A program made the translations under genes and the position numbers. A stretch of DNA of 32,000 bases. Source: Thermoproteus tenax Kra 1. Its GTDB lineage: Archaea; Thermoproteota; Thermoprotei; Thermoproteales; Thermoproteaceae. The notes under the pieces are model-generated. The model was not told the DNA's origin and did no database searches. It saw only the letters and a program-made list of their open reading frames with translations. This document shows, one piece after another, positions 16,731 to 26,232 of the stretch (the first letter of the stretch is position 1; every line of letters starts with the position of its first letter). The stretch lies in assembly GCF_000253055.1 (NCBI RefSeq), contig NC_016070.1:870001-902000 (forward strand), read 5' to 3'.

Positions 16731-18722
16731 ATGGCTAAAAAAGTCGCAGTTATCGGCGCTGGCACAATGGGCCACGGCATAGCTGAGCTATTCGCTATAG
16801 CTGGGTACGAAGTGGCCCTGGTTGACGTGGCCGAGGAGTTCCTCAAGAGGGCCCTTCAAAACATAGAGTTATCTCTCAAGAAGTTGGCCGAGAAGGGCCA
16901 ACTCAAGGAGGACTACACGGTGATCCTCTCCAGAATAAAGCCTATTGTGAACGATGTGTGCAAGGCAGTGGAGGGGGCCGAGCTGATGGTGGAGGCCGTG
17001 ATAGAGGAGATAGAGACCAAGAGGAAGGTCTTCGCAGAGGCAGACAGATGTGCGCCGCCCAATGCAATCTTGGCCACTAACACATCCAGTTTGCCCATAA
17101 CCGAGATCTCGGAGGCCGTCAGCGAGAGGAGGCGCCCGCTGGTGGCCGGGATGCACTTCTTCAATCCGCCGCCTCTAATGCCCCTGGTCGAGATAATAAG
17201 GGGTAAGTACACAAGCGACGAGACGGTCAAAAAGATAGCTGAGTACGCTGCCCAACTGGGCAAACAGACGGTAGTGGTCAACAGGGACGTGCCGGGCTTT
17301 ATAGTCAACAGAATATTGGCCAGGCTCAACGACGCGGCGTGTTGGACGGTGGCCAGAGGCGAGGCCGACATAATTGCCGTGGACTCAGCTCTGAGGTATA
17401 GAGTTGGCCTGCCCATGGGCGCATTCCTCCTTATGGACTACGTGGGCATCGACGTCATATGCTTTATCGGCGACGCCATGGCCAAACGCGGTTTCAAGAC
17501 GCATCCTTGCCATCTGATCACCGAGAAGTGCCAACAGAAGAAATATGGCGTAAAGACCGGCGAGGGCTTCTACAAGTACCCCGCCCCCGGCAAGTTCCAG
17601 TGGCCCGACATACCCAAGGAGCCCGGCGAGAAGCTGGACATAGCCGCCCTGTTGGCCCCGGCCATAAACGAGGCGGCCTACCTCGTCAGAGAGGGTATAG
17701 CCACAAAGGAGGACGTAGACAAGGCCGTGAGACTTGGCTTAAACTGGCCGAAGGGCCCGCTAGAGCTAGCAGATGAGCTGGGCATAGACGTTGTGGTGAA
17801 GGTGCTTGAGGCTTGGAAGGCTAAGACGGGCTTTGAGGAATTCGCGCCAGATCCCCTCCTGGTGCAGATGGCGAGCTCCAACAAGTTGGGCAGGAAGACC
17901 GGCGAGGGCTTCTATGTATACTCGAAGGCTGAAGAGAAGAGACTAGAGACTTTGATAATCCGCTACGAGCCGCCAATAGTCTGGATCGTGTTAAACAGGC
18001 CGGAGAGGCTAAACGCGATAAACCAAAAGATGGTAGAGGAGCTCTCTTCCGCTCTCGACGAGATTTCAAGGATGGACTTTGAGAGGGCTCGCGCTGTGAT
18101 AATCACCGGCACCGGCCGTGCCTTCTCAGCAGGAGCCGACATAACGGGGTTCGTGGGCACTACGCCGTTACTCGCCTACAAGCTGTCCAGAGGCCTCCAC
18201 GAAATCACAGAGAAGATTGAAAAACTGGACAGGCCGGTCATATGCGCCTTAAACGGATATACGTTGGGCGGAGGCCTCGAGCTGGCCCTCGCGTGCGACA
18301 TAAGGATAGCCTCGGAGACGGCCATATTGGGACAGCCAGAGGTCAACATAGGCCTCTTCCCGGGCGGGGGAGGCACTCAGAGGCTTGCGAGGCTGGTGGG
18401 CCTTGCCAGAGCCAAGGAGCTCATATTCACAGGGGATAACATCTCCGCCAAGGACGCCGAGAGGATAGGTCTTGTGAACAAAGTGGTGCCTCCGGAGAGG
18501 CTGGAGCAAGAGGCCAGATCACTGGCCCTCAAGCTTGCCGAAAAACCGCCGATAGCTCTGGCGATGGCCAAATACTCTATAAACTACGGCTATGAAGCTC
18601 CGCTGTGGGCCGCCCTAGATCTAGAGGCGGCGCATTTCGGTATAGTGTTCTCCACGGAGGATTTGTATGAGGGCGTGAGCGCATTCTTGCAGAAGAGGAA
18701 GCCGCAATATAAGGGCAAATGA
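16731..18722 (+). CDS. 3-hydroxyacyl-CoA dehydrogenase / enoyl-CoA hydratase fusion (crotonyl-CoA hydratase/3-hydroxybutyryl-CoA dehydrogenase type)
   Basis: N-terminal KKVAVIGAGTMGHGIAELFAIAGYEV, GMHFFNPPPLMPLVEII; C-terminal NRPERLNAINQKMVEEL, ITGTGRAFSAGADITGF, ALGGGLELALACD-type crotonase motif (NGYTLGGGLELALACDIRIASE). ATG 16731 with TATA about 26 nt upstream. Confidence 0.94.
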   Translation: MAKKVAVIGAGTMGHGIAELFAIAGYEVALVDVAEEFLKRALQNIELSLKKLAEKGQLKEDYTVILSRIKPIVNDVCKAVEGAELMVEAVIEEIETKRKVFAEADRCAPPNAILATNTSSLPITEISEAVSERRRPLVAGMHFFNPPPLMPLVEIIRGKYTSDETVKKIAEYAAQLGKQTVVVNRDVPGFIVNRILARLNDAACWTVARGEADIIAVDSALRYRVGLPMGAFLLMDYVGIDVICFIGDAMAKRGFKTHPCHLITEKCQQKKYGVKTGEGFYKYPAPGKFQWPDIPKEPGEKLDIAALLAPAINEAAYLVREGIATKEDVDKAVRLGLNWPKGPLELADELGIDVVVKVLEAWKAKTGFEEFAPDPLLVQMASSNKLGRKTGEGFYVYSKAEEKRLETLIIRYEPPIVWIVLNRPERLNAINQKMVEELSSALDEISRMDFERARAVIITGTGRAFSAGADITGFVGTTPLLAYKLSRGLHEITEKIEKLDRPVICALNGYTLGGGLELALACDIRIASETAILGQPEVNIGLFPGGGGTQRLARLVGLARAKELIFTGDNISAKDAERIGLVNKVVPPERLEQEARSLALKLAEKPPIALAMAKYSINYGYEAPLWAALDLEAAHFGIVFSTEDLYEGVSAFLQKRKPQYKGK

Positions 18723-19906
18723 GCCTACGCAACGTATACATAGTAGATTTTCGCCGAGTTCCCTTCAGCAGATTCACCAGAAAGGAGCCCCAGAGGGATA
18801 TATACTATAATATGAGGCCAGAGGAAGTCGCAGCCATAGTGGTCAGGGACCTCATTGAGAGGAACGGCATAAGGCCAGAGGACGTTGACGACCTCATAAC
18901 GGGCATGGCGTTACAGACAGGGGAGGGGTTCCTCTATGGAGGCAGACACATCGTCTTCGCCGCCAAGTTGCCTGTGACAATACCGGCGGCGGCCGTGGAC
19001 AGGCAGTGCGCCTCTTCTATAACCTCCGTAGTGATGGGCGCCAATGAAATAGCGACCGGCATGGCCGACGTAGTGATAGCGGGAGGCGTCGAACATATGT
19101 CCAGAGTTCCGATGTACGACAATCCCCACATAGTGTTGAACCCCAAGTTCTTCACCGAAGAGTATGCCTTCTATGAGCTGAACATAGGATACGTCATGGG
19201 GCTCACTGCAGAGAGACTGGCGGAGGAGGCCAAGATCTCCAGAGAAGAGATGGACAGGTGGAGCTTGAGGAGCCATCAGCTGGCCTACAAGGCGCAACAA
19301 GAGGGCTACTTCAAGGGGGAAATAATACCTGTCGAGGTAGAGTCCGAGGGGAGGAAGATCGTTGTGGACTACGACATGTCCGTGAGGCCGGATACAAGTC
19401 TGGAGAAGTTGAGCAAACTGCCCCCGGCCTTCAAGGCGGACGGTGTGATAACGGCTGGCAACTCGTCGCCGCTCAACACGGGCGCCGCCTACCTCTTGCT
19501 GATGTCCGAGAGGGCCGTGAAGAAGTACGGCCTTCAGCCTATGGCTAGGTTCGTCAGCTACGGCTTCGCTGGAGTTCCGCCCGCCGTAATGGGAAAGGGA
19601 CCTGTGCCGGCTTCTAGGAAGGCCCTGGAGAAAGCCGGCTTAAAGGTTAGAGATATAGATCTGTGGGAGATCAACGAGGCATTCGCGGTGGTTACTCTAT
19701 ATGCCATAAAGGAGTTAGGGATAGAGGAGGACAGAGTTAACAAGAGGGGAGGGGCCATAGCGATAGGCCACCCCCTCGGAGCGACGGGCGCCCGGATAAT
19801 CGGCACTTTGGCCAGACAGTTGCAGATGGAGGGCAAGGACAGAGGAGTTGCGACTTTATGTGTTGGCGGAGGCCAAGGCGCCGCAGTGATAATTGAACGA
19901 GTATAA
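18719..19906 (+). CDS. Acetyl-CoA C-acetyltransferase (beta-ketothiolase)
   Basis: VDRQCASSITSVVMGANEI, VIAGGVEHMSRVPM, NKRGGAIAIGHPLGATGARII, TLCVGGGQGAAVIIE. ATGA overlap with the fusion gene. Confidence 0.94.
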   Translation: MSLRNVYIVDFRRVPFSRFTRKEPQRDIYYNMRPEEVAAIVVRDLIERNGIRPEDVDDLITGMALQTGEGFLYGGRHIVFAAKLPVTIPAAAVDRQCASSITSVVMGANEIATGMADVVIAGGVEHMSRVPMYDNPHIVLNPKFFTEEYAFYELNIGYVMGLTAERLAEEAKISREEMDRWSLRSHQLAYKAQQEGYFKGEIIPVEVESEGRKIVVDYDMSVRPDTSLEKLSKLPPAFKADGVITAGNSSPLNTGAAYLLLMSERAVKKYGLQPMARFVSYGFAGVPPAVMGKGPVPASRKALEKAGLKVRDIDLWEINEAFAVVTLYAIKELGIEEDRVNKRGGAIAIGHPLGATGARIIGTLARQLQMEGKDRGVATLCVGGGQGAAVIIERV

Positions 19907-19934
19907 TTTTTAATATGCCCCCAAGTGTCGCTTT

Positions 19935-20345
19935 GTGTCCTCAGATAAGGAGTACGTGGACCTATTGGAGCGAGCCTATAAGGTCGTAACGCCGAGGGCG
20001 CAGAGGAGAGCGGAGATCCCCAAGCTCGAGGTGCAGATACTACCTAGGAGGACCGTCGTGGTAAACTTGGGCCAGATAGCCAAGAGGTTGAACAGAGACC
20101 CCGCGCATATAGCAAAGTTCTTCCAGAAGGAGTTGGCCACGCCGGGCTCTATCGATGGAGAGTCTCTGGTTCTAAGCGGGGAGCGTAACCCGAAGGTGGT
20201 CGAGGCAGTCTACGAGCGATATCTCAAGTACTTCGTGATATGCCCCGTCTGCGGCTCTATCGACACCGTGCTCCAGAGGGAGGGGCGCGTCTACATGTTG
20301 CGTTGCACGGCCTGCGGAGCGACCACGCCGGTGAAGCCAATATAA
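19935..20345 (+). CDS. Translation initiation factor 2 subunit beta (aIF2-beta)
   Basis: [37 protein letters not shown]..., Zn ribbon [36 protein letters not shown]. Confidence 0.92.
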   Translation: MSSDKEYVDLLERAYKVVTPRAQRRAEIPKLEVQILPRRTVVVNLGQIAKRLNRDPAHIAKFFQKELATPGSIDGESLVLSGERNPKVVEAVYERYLKYFVICPVCGSIDTVLQREGRVYMLRCTACGATTPVKPI

Positions 20346-20564
20346 ATGAGGACGTACAACATTAGGGGCCCCTGCCCGGAGCTCGCAATAACTCTCGCTA
20401 GGGCTATGGAGGAGCTAGCGCCCGGGGAGCAAGCGTTGTTTGTTACAAGGTGGAGGTACGTAGCTGAGGACATAAGATCTGCGGCGCCCTCTATGGGGTT
20501 CGAGGTGCTCTCTGTTACAGAAAGAGGAGGAAACGTCGAGATACTTGTGAGGAAACGCGCCTAA
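20346..20564 (+). CDS. TusA/SirA-like small protein
   Basis: YNIRGPCPELAITLARAMEELAPGEQALFV...AEDIRSAAPSMGFEVLSVTERGGNVEILVRK: RGxxCPxx helix start and overall TusA length and order. Confidence 0.7.
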   Translation: MRTYNIRGPCPELAITLARAMEELAPGEQALFVTRWRYVAEDIRSAAPSMGFEVLSVTERGGNVEILVRKRA

Positions 20565-20950
20565 AACGTCAAGACTAGATCAGCCTCCCTGCTCAGAGCC
20601 ACAAAGGTCATAGTGCCTCCATATTTAACTCCGTCGAGCACGTCGACGCCCAACATTTTGGCCACCGGCTCGTCCACATATATCTGGATCCCAGCCCTCA
20701 AAGCCTCCTGGGCCAACTCGTCTACGCTCTTTGCGCCGATTTTCTTCAGCTTCCAATTAACGTACCAACGCGCGATCGAAGGCACGCCAATCAGCCTTGT
20801 CTTGGGCCGCTTCGACGCTATATAGACGCCCAGACCCGTCAAAAAGAGGGTTACGTCGTAACCCATCGCCTTAGCCGATATAGCGATGGCCAAAGCGTGG
20901 TAGGCCCTCGCTAGGTCGTTATCGGCGAGAAGTACAACGGCTTTGCCCAT
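20561..20950 (-). CDS. DsrE-like family protein
   Basis: AVVLLADNDLARAYHALAIAISAKAMGYDVTLFLTGLGVYIA...GIQIYVDEPVAKMLGV. Confidence 0.65.
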   Translation of the reverse strand: MGKAVVLLADNDLARAYHALAIAISAKAMGYDVTLFLTGLGVYIASKRPKTRLIGVPSIARWYVNWKLKKIGAKSVDELAQEALRAGIQIYVDEPVAKMLGVDVLDGVKYGGTMTFVALSREADLVLTF

Positions 20951-22401
20951 TAGCCTTTGACGACCCCAATGGGCCGCTGGCGGACGACCTTCTTCGCAAA
21001 GCCCACTTGGTGCGCTGTCTCAACCACCAGGTCCACGTTCTTGTAGGCCTCGGGGGCCTCCTCGCTGATAACCTCAGTTTCGGCGCTTCTGACTATGATC
21101 CCCCTCTTCTCAAGCTCGGTCCGCACCTTCTGCGGCGGGAACGATCTGATCGCCGCCTCGCGGCTCAACATACGGCCTGCGCCGTGGGGGGCTGTGCCGA
21201 AGGTTATCCTCATGGCCTCGTGCGTGCCCACTAAGATCCACGAGGCGGAGCCCATGCTGCCCGGTATAAGCACAGGTTGGCCGATCTCCCTATATTTGGC
21301 AGGTATCTCCGGATGGCCAGGCGGAAACGCCCTGGTAGCTCCCTTGCGGTGCACCCAGACTCTCTTAACTGTGCCTTTATCGTCTACCACGTGATCCTCC
21401 AGTTTGGCTATGTTGTGGGCCACGTCGTACACTATCTCGAGGCCGACCTTCTCCACAGAGCCAAAGACTCTTCTGAAGGCCTCTCTCACCCAATGCATTA
21501 TTATCTGGCGGTTTGTCCACGCGAAGTTGGCGGCGGCGGCCATCGCCTTGAGGTAATCTTCCGCCACCTTGTCTTTAAGAGGCGCCGCTGCAAGCTCGCG
21601 GTCAGGTAGCCTGAGCCCCCACTCCCTCATCTTCCTCTCCATTATCATGAGGTAGTCTGTGGCCACTTGGTGGCCGAAGCCTCTGCTGCCTGTGTGTATC
21701 ATAACGAGGATCTGTCCCTCTTGCTCAATGCCCATGGTCTTGGCCGCCCTCTCGTCGAATATCTTGTCAACGACTTGTATCTCCAAGAAGTGGTTGCCCG
21801 AGCCCAGAGTGCCCAGCTGGTCCTTGCCCCTGTTTTTGGCTCTATCGGACACCTTGGAGGCATCGGCCAGATCCCAAGACCCCTTCTGTTCTATGAACTC
21901 TTTGTCCTCAGGCCACCCAAATCCCTTAGATATCGCCCACTCCACGCCCTCTGTTATGGCTTTGTCGAACTCGGAGGTGGAGAGTTTCAGATGGCCCGTC
22001 TCCCCGACGCCGGGCGGAACGAGGCGGAATATCTCGTCCACTAGCTCCTTCAGCTTGGGCCTCACGTCCTTCTCAGTTAGGTTCGTCCTCAACACTCTGA
22101 CTCCGCAGTTGATATCATAGCCTATGCCGCCGGGGCTTATCACGCCCTCATTGGCGTCAACCGCTGCAACTCCCCCTATGGGGAACCCATAGCCTTGGTG
22201 GCCGTCGGGAAGGACTATGCTGTACTTGTATATGCCCGGCAGACAGGCGACGTTTGCGCCTTGTTCTAACGTCATATCCGTCTTCATTTTCTCCAATAGA
22301 ACAGAGTCGGCGAAGACCCTAACGGGGACCCTCATGCACTGTTTGTACGTCTTGGGGATCTCCCAGATATAGTCCGAGATCTTATTTAAAGGTGGAGCCA
22401 T
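20950..22401 (-). CDS. rtcB: tRNA-splicing ligase RtcB
   Basis: LPDGHQGYGFPIGGVAAVDANEGVISPGGIGYDINCGVR, GSGNHFLEIQ, HTGSRGFGHQVA, YDVAHNIAK, WVHRKGATRAFPPG, SMGSASWILVG. Confidence 0.96.
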   Translation of the reverse strand: MAPPLNKISDYIWEIPKTYKQCMRVPVRVFADSVLLEKMKTDMTLEQGANVACLPGIYKYSIVLPDGHQGYGFPIGGVAAVDANEGVISPGGIGYDINCGVRVLRTNLTEKDVRPKLKELVDEIFRLVPPGVGETGHLKLSTSEFDKAITEGVEWAISKGFGWPEDKEFIEQKGSWDLADASKVSDRAKNRGKDQLGTLGSGNHFLEIQVVDKIFDERAAKTMGIEQEGQILVMIHTGSRGFGHQVATDYLMIMERKMREWGLRLPDRELAAAPLKDKVAEDYLKAMAAAANFAWTNRQIIMHWVREAFRRVFGSVEKVGLEIVYDVAHNIAKLEDHVVDDKGTVKRVWVHRKGATRAFPPGHPEIPAKYREIGQPVLIPGSMGSASWILVGTHEAMRITFGTAPHGAGRMLSREAAIRSFPPQKVRTELEKRGIIVRSAETEVISEEAPEAYKNVDLVVETAHQVGFAKKVVRQRPIGVVKG

Positions 22402-22518
22402 GGCCGTACTGCCATATCGTTTTTAAAACCTTTCGCTCACTCCGCAGAAAACTTCGTTTCTCACCAAGATTGCGTCGTACAACGATCTATTTATAAATTC
22501 TCTATAAAAATAGATAAT

Positions 22519-23160
22519 ATGTACAATTTAAATGAGGAGGATAATTACTTAGTTATAGAATTAGCTTCAATAGCTTTAAAGGATGACGACATAGTCGAAA
22601 GTAGGATTGTTCTTAAGACCGATAGGGCGGGGGCTGTGTTGGAGGGCGGATATAAATCGGTGGACGACGCATTGAACGTATCCGCCGAATCGCTCCTGGA
22701 TGTAATTGATCGCGTGGAGGCAGAGATGGACAAAATCGAATACGCCTTGGAGTCAGACCTGAGGGTGGAGCCGATGCAGATATATGATGTATCATACCTC
22801 GTCCACGCAGTCTACGACCACGCGATGGCCCTCAGAGCGTTGGCCAACCAACTAGCGCGGAGGAGGCTCGTGAAGCGTAAAACCGCGGAGCGCATCAGAT
22901 ACGCATCCAGACGGGCCGCCGCCCTAAGGCGCGGCCTCTTAGATCTAAGGCTGCTCTACCTTAGCCAAATTCAAAGCTCGATAAACATCTCCATGAAGAG
23001 GATGACCCTAGTGAGCACGCTCGCGCTACCTGCCATACTAATATCGAGTATATACGGCATGAACCTCTCGCACATCCCGCTCGCCGACAATCCCCTAGCC
23101 GTTTTCGGCATAATGGCTCTTGCCTCTGCCATATTCGCCCTACTGGTTTATAGAATGTAA
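22519..23160 (+). CDS. Short CorA-like membrane protein (C-terminal stalk plus two TM segments, GMN motif)
   Basis: LDLRLLYLSQIQSSINISMKRMTLVSTLALPAILISSIYGMNLSHIP...IMALASAIFALLVYRM. TATA-like tttataaatt sits about 26 nt upstream of the ATG. Confidence 0.8.
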   Translation: MYNLNEEDNYLVIELASIALKDDDIVESRIVLKTDRAGAVLEGGYKSVDDALNVSAESLLDVIDRVEAEMDKIEYALESDLRVEPMQIYDVSYLVHAVYDHAMALRALANQLARRRLVKRKTAERIRYASRRAAALRRGLLDLRLLYLSQIQSSINISMKRMTLVSTLALPAILISSIYGMNLSHIPLADNPLAVFGIMALASAIFALLVYRM

Positions 23161-23174
23161 AGAATAAGAGATTT

Positions 23175-24293
23175 TCACTGGGCGACTCCAACGGTGTTGC
23201 CCACGCCGACTAGGACAACAGCATCGCCCGGCTGAGTCTTCTCCCTCAAGAAGTCCACGACCCTCTTGCTGACCATCTGTACGGCCTCGTAGATCTCCTT
23301 GGTCATCGCCGTAAGCGCCTCAGCCTCCCTCATCTTTATCAAAAAGGCGTACAACGGAACGCCGTACTTAGTCGCTATGCCCTCTATGTTGAACTTCTCA
23401 GCCCCAACTCCCCCCATGGCTACGCCGACGCCCTCCGCTATGTCGCCCGTCCTCTCGCCCTCGAGCTTTAGGGCTGCGTCGACAGTTATTATGTACTTCG
23501 GCCTCACTCCCAGTTTCTCGAAGACGAACTCAACGCCCTCATCGGGTCTGCCCACAGTGCTGCCGGGCCCCCTAGCCTTTATTATGAACAGACGCCTTCC
23601 CTCGAAATCGCACTCAGTGATCGATGTATCCTTTATCCCATCGTGTACTATCGGTTGAGAGCAAGTCTTAGAGACATTGTAGGCGACCATGGGGCCCGCA
23701 CTATCGCCCACGGGCAGCCCCTTCAGAAACGCCGAGACGGCTCCGTTTAAGGCGTCGGACACCTCCTTCAAGATGGGCAACAACATCGAGAGCTGCATAG
23801 CATATACATATAATTTATACTTCCTCGCTATCCTATAATAATGATCAACTATTTTATATAGAAAGTTTATTTCTCTTAGGGCCTCGAGCGCCGTCGAGAC
23901 GTTCTTCACAGAGACGGTATTGTCTCCGACCAGCTTGGCCACTTCAGACTCGGCGGCAGTCTCATACGCGTTCAAGATGTTCTTATACTTGGGAACTATG
24001 CCGAACGGGTCCAAGCTAGTAGGCGGAATTACTGTGAAGTCCAACATCCTCTTTATCACATCGTCGACGTCTTTACGGCCTACCCCCTGTCTCTTCAGCC
24101 TCTCCAGATGATTGCCTATGTCGTTGGAGGCGCTCCTTATCATCTGCCCCAAGTATGACAGAAATCCTCCTATCTGCCACAAGGGCCTCTGTATATAATA
24201 GAACTCTTGATATATGTATATTGCAGCAAACCATATTATCGTAGTTATTATCCAGTACCACAAGCTCGACCCGGTTGTAGTTTGCAAGATCAT
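23175..24293 (-). CDS. DUF1512 family archaeal protein
   Basis: One N-terminal TM segment, GQMIRSASNDIG, KARGPGSTVGRPDEGVEF, IITVDAALKLEGERTGDIAEGVGVAMGG. Recalled DUF1512-like signature. Confidence 0.65.
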   Translation of the reverse strand: MILQTTTGSSLWYWIITTIIWFAAIYIYQEFYYIQRPLWQIGGFLSYLGQMIRSASNDIGNHLERLKRQGVGRKDVDDVIKRMLDFTVIPPTSLDPFGIVPKYKNILNAYETAAESEVAKLVGDNTVSVKNVSTALEALREINFLYKIVDHYYRIARKYKLYVYAMQLSMLLPILKEVSDALNGAVSAFLKGLPVGDSAGPMVAYNVSKTCSQPIVHDGIKDTSITECDFEGRRLFIIKARGPGSTVGRPDEGVEFVFEKLGVRPKYIITVDAALKLEGERTGDIAEGVGVAMGGVGAEKFNIEGIATKYGVPLYAFLIKMREAEALTAMTKEIYEAVQMVSKRVVDFLREKTQPGDAVVLVGVGNTVGVAQ

Positions 24294-24369
24294 TGCCCCT
24301 TCTGCGTTAAACCATTAAAAATATTTCAGTGTTCGAGGACTCGTTCATTAATCACACTGCACGCGTTCA

Positions 24370-25875
24370 TCACACTTCAACAGTATCATCTCCGCCTATT
24401 TCTTTTTTCTTCCGCGTTAGAGCCAGGCCCGCCGAGAGTCCTGCAATGAGCGAGCCGGCGAAGATCTTGAGGAAGCTCTCACTCGTCATAACGGGCAGAG
24501 ATATCTTGGGCGCAAGCTCCTCCAGATACGTCAAACCGTGGTAGCTCACAGCTATAGTGTTAGAAAGGGGTATGACATAGACGACTCCATCCCGGCCTCT
24601 GAAGGTAAGATTGCCCACCATCACCTCGAAGCTATCTAGAGGAGAACCCAAGATGTCTGTCACATATACTCTCACCGCCAGAGAGGTATCGTTTATCACT
24701 ATGAGGGGGGAGGCCCTCTTGTGGTATATCGCTATCGTCGTCCCGTTTAAAGTCACAACCACCGTTATGTTCTGGCCCAGTCTTGAGATCGGCGGATATG
24801 CCGCGCCCACGCCCCAGCCCACCACTTGGATTTTGGGCTTGATGATATCTGTGTGTGCGATAAGGAAGCCGCGATCTAGAGCGGCAGGATAATAGAGAGT
24901 ATCGTTATTCACTACGACGGCTATATAGTAGCTCAAGCCGCTCACGAGACACCTCCCCACTATTTGATTGCCCGTGGCCACGACGTATGTGGTGAGGTTG
25001 TAATCGCTCAGCGGGTTTCCCAGTAGGTCGGTGGCCTTAATCCCCAACAAGGCGGTCGTGTTGATGTACTTGGGGATCTCCGGCATCTGTACTATATACG
25101 TCTCGCCATCGTCCAACTGGACTAAGACCGACACGGGGCGCGCCAACGGGTTGGAGACGTACGCTACGCCGGGACAGTCGCCGATGACAGGCACAGAGAC
25201 TTGGCTCACTAACAGCTGAGGCCTGCCCAATAAGTACCTCTGACCCGGCGCGAACACAAGGCCAGAGATCTGCACTGGGTAACCGCCCGTCACATTCGTG
25301 CCGGGCTCCGGCACGTATACGTAGTAGTCGGGCGCTCTGCTCGACAGATCTATCGGCGTGACGTTGACCAGCCCATAGCCTGTTATTGTTACCGAGCTGC
25401 CGTACGCCAGATAGTCCTCTACATATACGCCGAGCGCGTTCCTCTCGCCTATCTTGAAAACGAACCCGCCAGTCACGTTGGGCTTATATAACGACTTGAC
25501 CTCAATTAGGGCTCCGCCGGTTATGTTTAACTGGGCCGTCCCCAAAAGATTGCTGACGGAGGGCTCTCCGTAAGTTATGCTGATGAGGGGACCCACCGTC
25601 CTCCATTTGTCCACTGCGATCGCCAAGAACGTCCCGCACACATCGCCGGCGACATAGGTCGGCGTGCTATAGGGCTCCACCACGGCCCTCCTCAGATCTC
25701 CCATCTGGTTTATGACGTAGACCGAGCTGATCCCGTAGCCTGACAGCGGGTCCATATAGGCTGTGACGTTGGCGCACCCTCCCAGATAGACGCTGTAGGT
25801 GTAGGGGACGTATGGTATGTTGACCACGCTCAGAGTCGAATTTATGAGCAAGTACAAGAGCGCCAACATCGGCAT
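24370..25875 (-). CDS. Secreted or cell-surface protein with C-terminal TM anchor
   Basis: Hydrophobic N-terminus (MPMLALLYLLINSTLSVV), beta-rich Thr/Gly/Pro/Val ectodomain, C-terminal FLKIFAGSLIAGLSAGLALTRKKKE. ORF extends to 25905. Confidence 0.65.
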   Translation of the reverse strand: MPMLALLYLLINSTLSVVNIPYVPYTYSVYLGGCANVTAYMDPLSGYGISSVYVINQMGDLRRAVVEPYSTPTYVAGDVCGTFLAIAVDKWRTVGPLISITYGEPSVSNLLGTAQLNITGGALIEVKSLYKPNVTGGFVFKIGERNALGVYVEDYLAYGSSVTITGYGLVNVTPIDLSSRAPDYYVYVPEPGTNVTGGYPVQISGLVFAPGQRYLLGRPQLLVSQVSVPVIGDCPGVAYVSNPLARPVSVLVQLDDGETYIVQMPEIPKYINTTALLGIKATDLLGNPLSDYNLTTYVVATGNQIVGRCLVSGLSYYIAVVVNNDTLYYPAALDRGFLIAHTDIIKPKIQVVGWGVGAAYPPISRLGQNITVVVTLNGTTIAIYHKRASPLIVINDTSLAVRVYVTDILGSPLDSFEVMVGNLTFRGRDGVVYVIPLSNTIAVSYHGLTYLEELAPKISLPVMTSESFLKIFAGSLIAGLSAGLALTRKKKEIGGDDTVEV

Positions 25876-25932
25876 ATGCCGCGCAACAAAAAATAAAGGC
25901 AACATTTAAGTAGAGGGAGGCCCGTCCTACAC

Positions 25933-26232
25933 ATGAAGTTCGCAGCCGCTTCGGTGTTGTTCTCGTTGATCGCCTTCGCCCTCGCGTTGGTGATGTCAAT
26001 GCCGAGGACCCCTTGGGATCTGCCCATATTGGCCTTTCTGGCTATCATAGACGCGGCGCTATTCGTGTTAGGGAGGAGGGACGTCTCAGCGATGTTGGAT
26101 ATAGCCGCTTCAGAGTGGGAGGCGGCAGAGCTCAGAGCGTTAATGGCGCTGACTATCTCGTTCTTCGCCCTCTCGGCCCTCTCCTTGGGCTACGCAATAC
26201 TTGCCCACGTAGCTCCGTCGGCGCTCGGCTAG
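25933..26232 (+). CDS. Small multi-spanning membrane protein
   Basis: 99 aa with three to four hydrophobic segments; TATA-like acatttaag about 25 nt upstream. Confidence 0.55.
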   Translation: MKFAAASVLFSLIAFALALVMSMPRTPWDLPILAFLAIIDAALFVLGRRDVSAMLDIAASEWEAAELRALMALTISFFALSALSLGYAILAHVAPSALG

